From contig OX597841.1 of NCBI GenBank assembly GCA_951406725.2, positions 23,002,001 through 23,066,000 on the forward strand: 64,000 nt of DNA, written 5' to 3'. Source of the stretch: Octopus vulgaris. Lineage: Eukaryota. This document shows positions 62,454 through 64,000 of the stretch, piece by piece. The notes below the pieces were generated by a model. That model ran no database searches, was not told the origin of the DNA, and worked only from the letters and a program-made list of their open reading frames with translations. Both the position numbers and the translations under genes were made by a program. Numbering within the stretch: the first letter of the stretch is position 1; the number at the start of each line of letters is the position of its first letter.

Positions 62454-63499
62454 GTGTGTATGTATTATATGTGATGCTGGTAATTTCTTTTCCTTCTTTG
62501 GACTTTTCCCTTTCTCCTTTCCAGTGAAGAGCTAAGCTCAAAATGTCAAAATCTCTTTTTACTGAGCGTCCAACTAATACATTCCTTGTCTCTTAGTGTT
62601 AATTTTATTGTTCGTTTATTTGAATTGACTATCTATCTATCTATTTATATACATATACATATATGTGTGTGTGTATGTATATATATCATCATCATTGTTT
62701 AACGTCCGCTTTCCAAGCTAGCATGGGTTGGACGGTTCAACTGGGGTCTGGGAAGCCAGAAGGCTGCACCAGGCCCAGTCTGATCTGGCAGTGTTTCTAC
62801 AGCTGGATGCCCTTCCTAAAGCCAACCACTCCATGAGTGTAGTGGGTGCTTTTTACGTGCCAGACGAGGCTGGCAAACGGCCACGGTCGGATGGTGCTTT
62901 TTATGTGCCACCGGCACGGGGGCCAGGCGAGGCTGGCAACGGCCATGATCGGATGGTGCTTTTTACGTGCCACCAGCACAGATGCCCGTCGGGGCGGCGC
63001 TGGCAACGGCCACGTTTGGATGGTTCTCTTACGTGCCACCGGCACTGGTATCACAACTGCAATTTCCATTGATGTTGATCGATTTTGATTTTGATTCTGA
63101 CTCTCCCTTGCCTCAACAGGTCTTCACAAGTAGAGTTTTGTGAGAGAGAGAGAGAGAGGCTGTTAGTAAGGTTAGGATTGGCAATGAGTCATCATCATCA
63201 TCATCGTTTAACGTCCACTTTCCATGCTGGCATGGGTTGGACGGTTCAACTGGGGTCTGGGAAGCCAGAAGGCTGCACCAGGCCCAGTCTGATCTGGCAG
63301 TATTTCTACAGCTGGATGCCCTTCCTAACGCCAACCACTCCGTGAGTGTAGTGGGTGCTATTTACGTGCCAGACGAGGCTGGCAAATGGCCACGATCGGA
63401 TGGTGCTTTTACGTGTCACCGGCAAGGGGCCAGGCGAGGCTGGCAACGGACACAAACGGATGGTGCTTTTACGTGCCACCGACACGGGGGCCAAGTATA

Positions 63500-63818
63500 G
63501 TGAAGAATTCCGAGTGAAGAATTAATCAGGGATCTGGGTCTTACTGAGTCAGGAGCTGAACTTCTTTCATCAAGGTTGAAGGAATGGAATCTACTGGGGG
63601 AAGACTGCAAGACATCTGTGTACCAGAAATGCCATGAAAAATTTGAAATTTATTATGAAAATATTAATGATCAGTGTTATAGTAAAGATGTGATTGGTTT
63701 GTTTACTGCTATTGGACTCAAGCATGATTCTGCAGAATGGTGACTGTTCATAGATAGCTCAACACGAAGTCTCAAAGCAGTGTTGCTCCACAATGGGAAT
63801 AAATATCCTTCTTTGCCT
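63500..63818 (+). mobile_element. DNA transposase fragment (tentatively Chapaev3-like)
   Basis: EELIRDLGLTESGAELLSSRLKEWNLL and LFIDSSTRSLKAVLLHNGNKYPSLP; superfamily assigned from memory. Confidence 0.55.
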
Positions 63819-64000
63819 CTCTCTTTACTCTTTTACTTGTTTCAGTCATTTTGACTGCGGCCATGCTGGAGCACCGCCTTTAGTCGAGCAAATCGACCCC
63901 AGGACTTATTCTTTGTAAGCCCAGTACTTATTCTATCGGTCTCTTTTGCTGAACCGCTAAGTAACGGGGACATAAACACACCAGCATCGGTTGTCAAGCA

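Overview
AT-rich, repeat-dense eukaryotic DNA. The SINE/MITE complement and the style of the C2H2 arrays suggest an octopus (coleoid cephalopod) genome; this is an inference. The window holds six C2H2 zinc-finger genes, each with a single coding exon, in two subfamilies. ZNF-A1/A2/A3 lie in tandem on the minus strand at 2-18 kb. ZNF-B1/B2/B3 lie at 43-58 kb, with B2 and B3 forming a head-to-head inverted duplication. Between the subfamilies are two intact, apparently identical U2 snRNA genes and an uninterrupted 1796-aa ORF that looks like a TRIM-derived protein with about six tandem beta-propeller domains. The rest is SINEs (at least four families), Merlin-like, hAT and TTAA-type MITEs, Helitron, CR1/L2, RTE, Penelope, mariner and gag-like relics, foldback palindromes and microsatellites. 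The most interesting signals are the multi-propeller gene, the ZNF diversification pattern (changes at helix position +3, finger shuffling, SUMO-motif N-termini in place of KRAB/ZAD), a promoter module repeated once per ZNF-A unit, and telomere-repeat-bearing MITEs clustered at promoters. Repeat boundaries were read by eye and are approximate.
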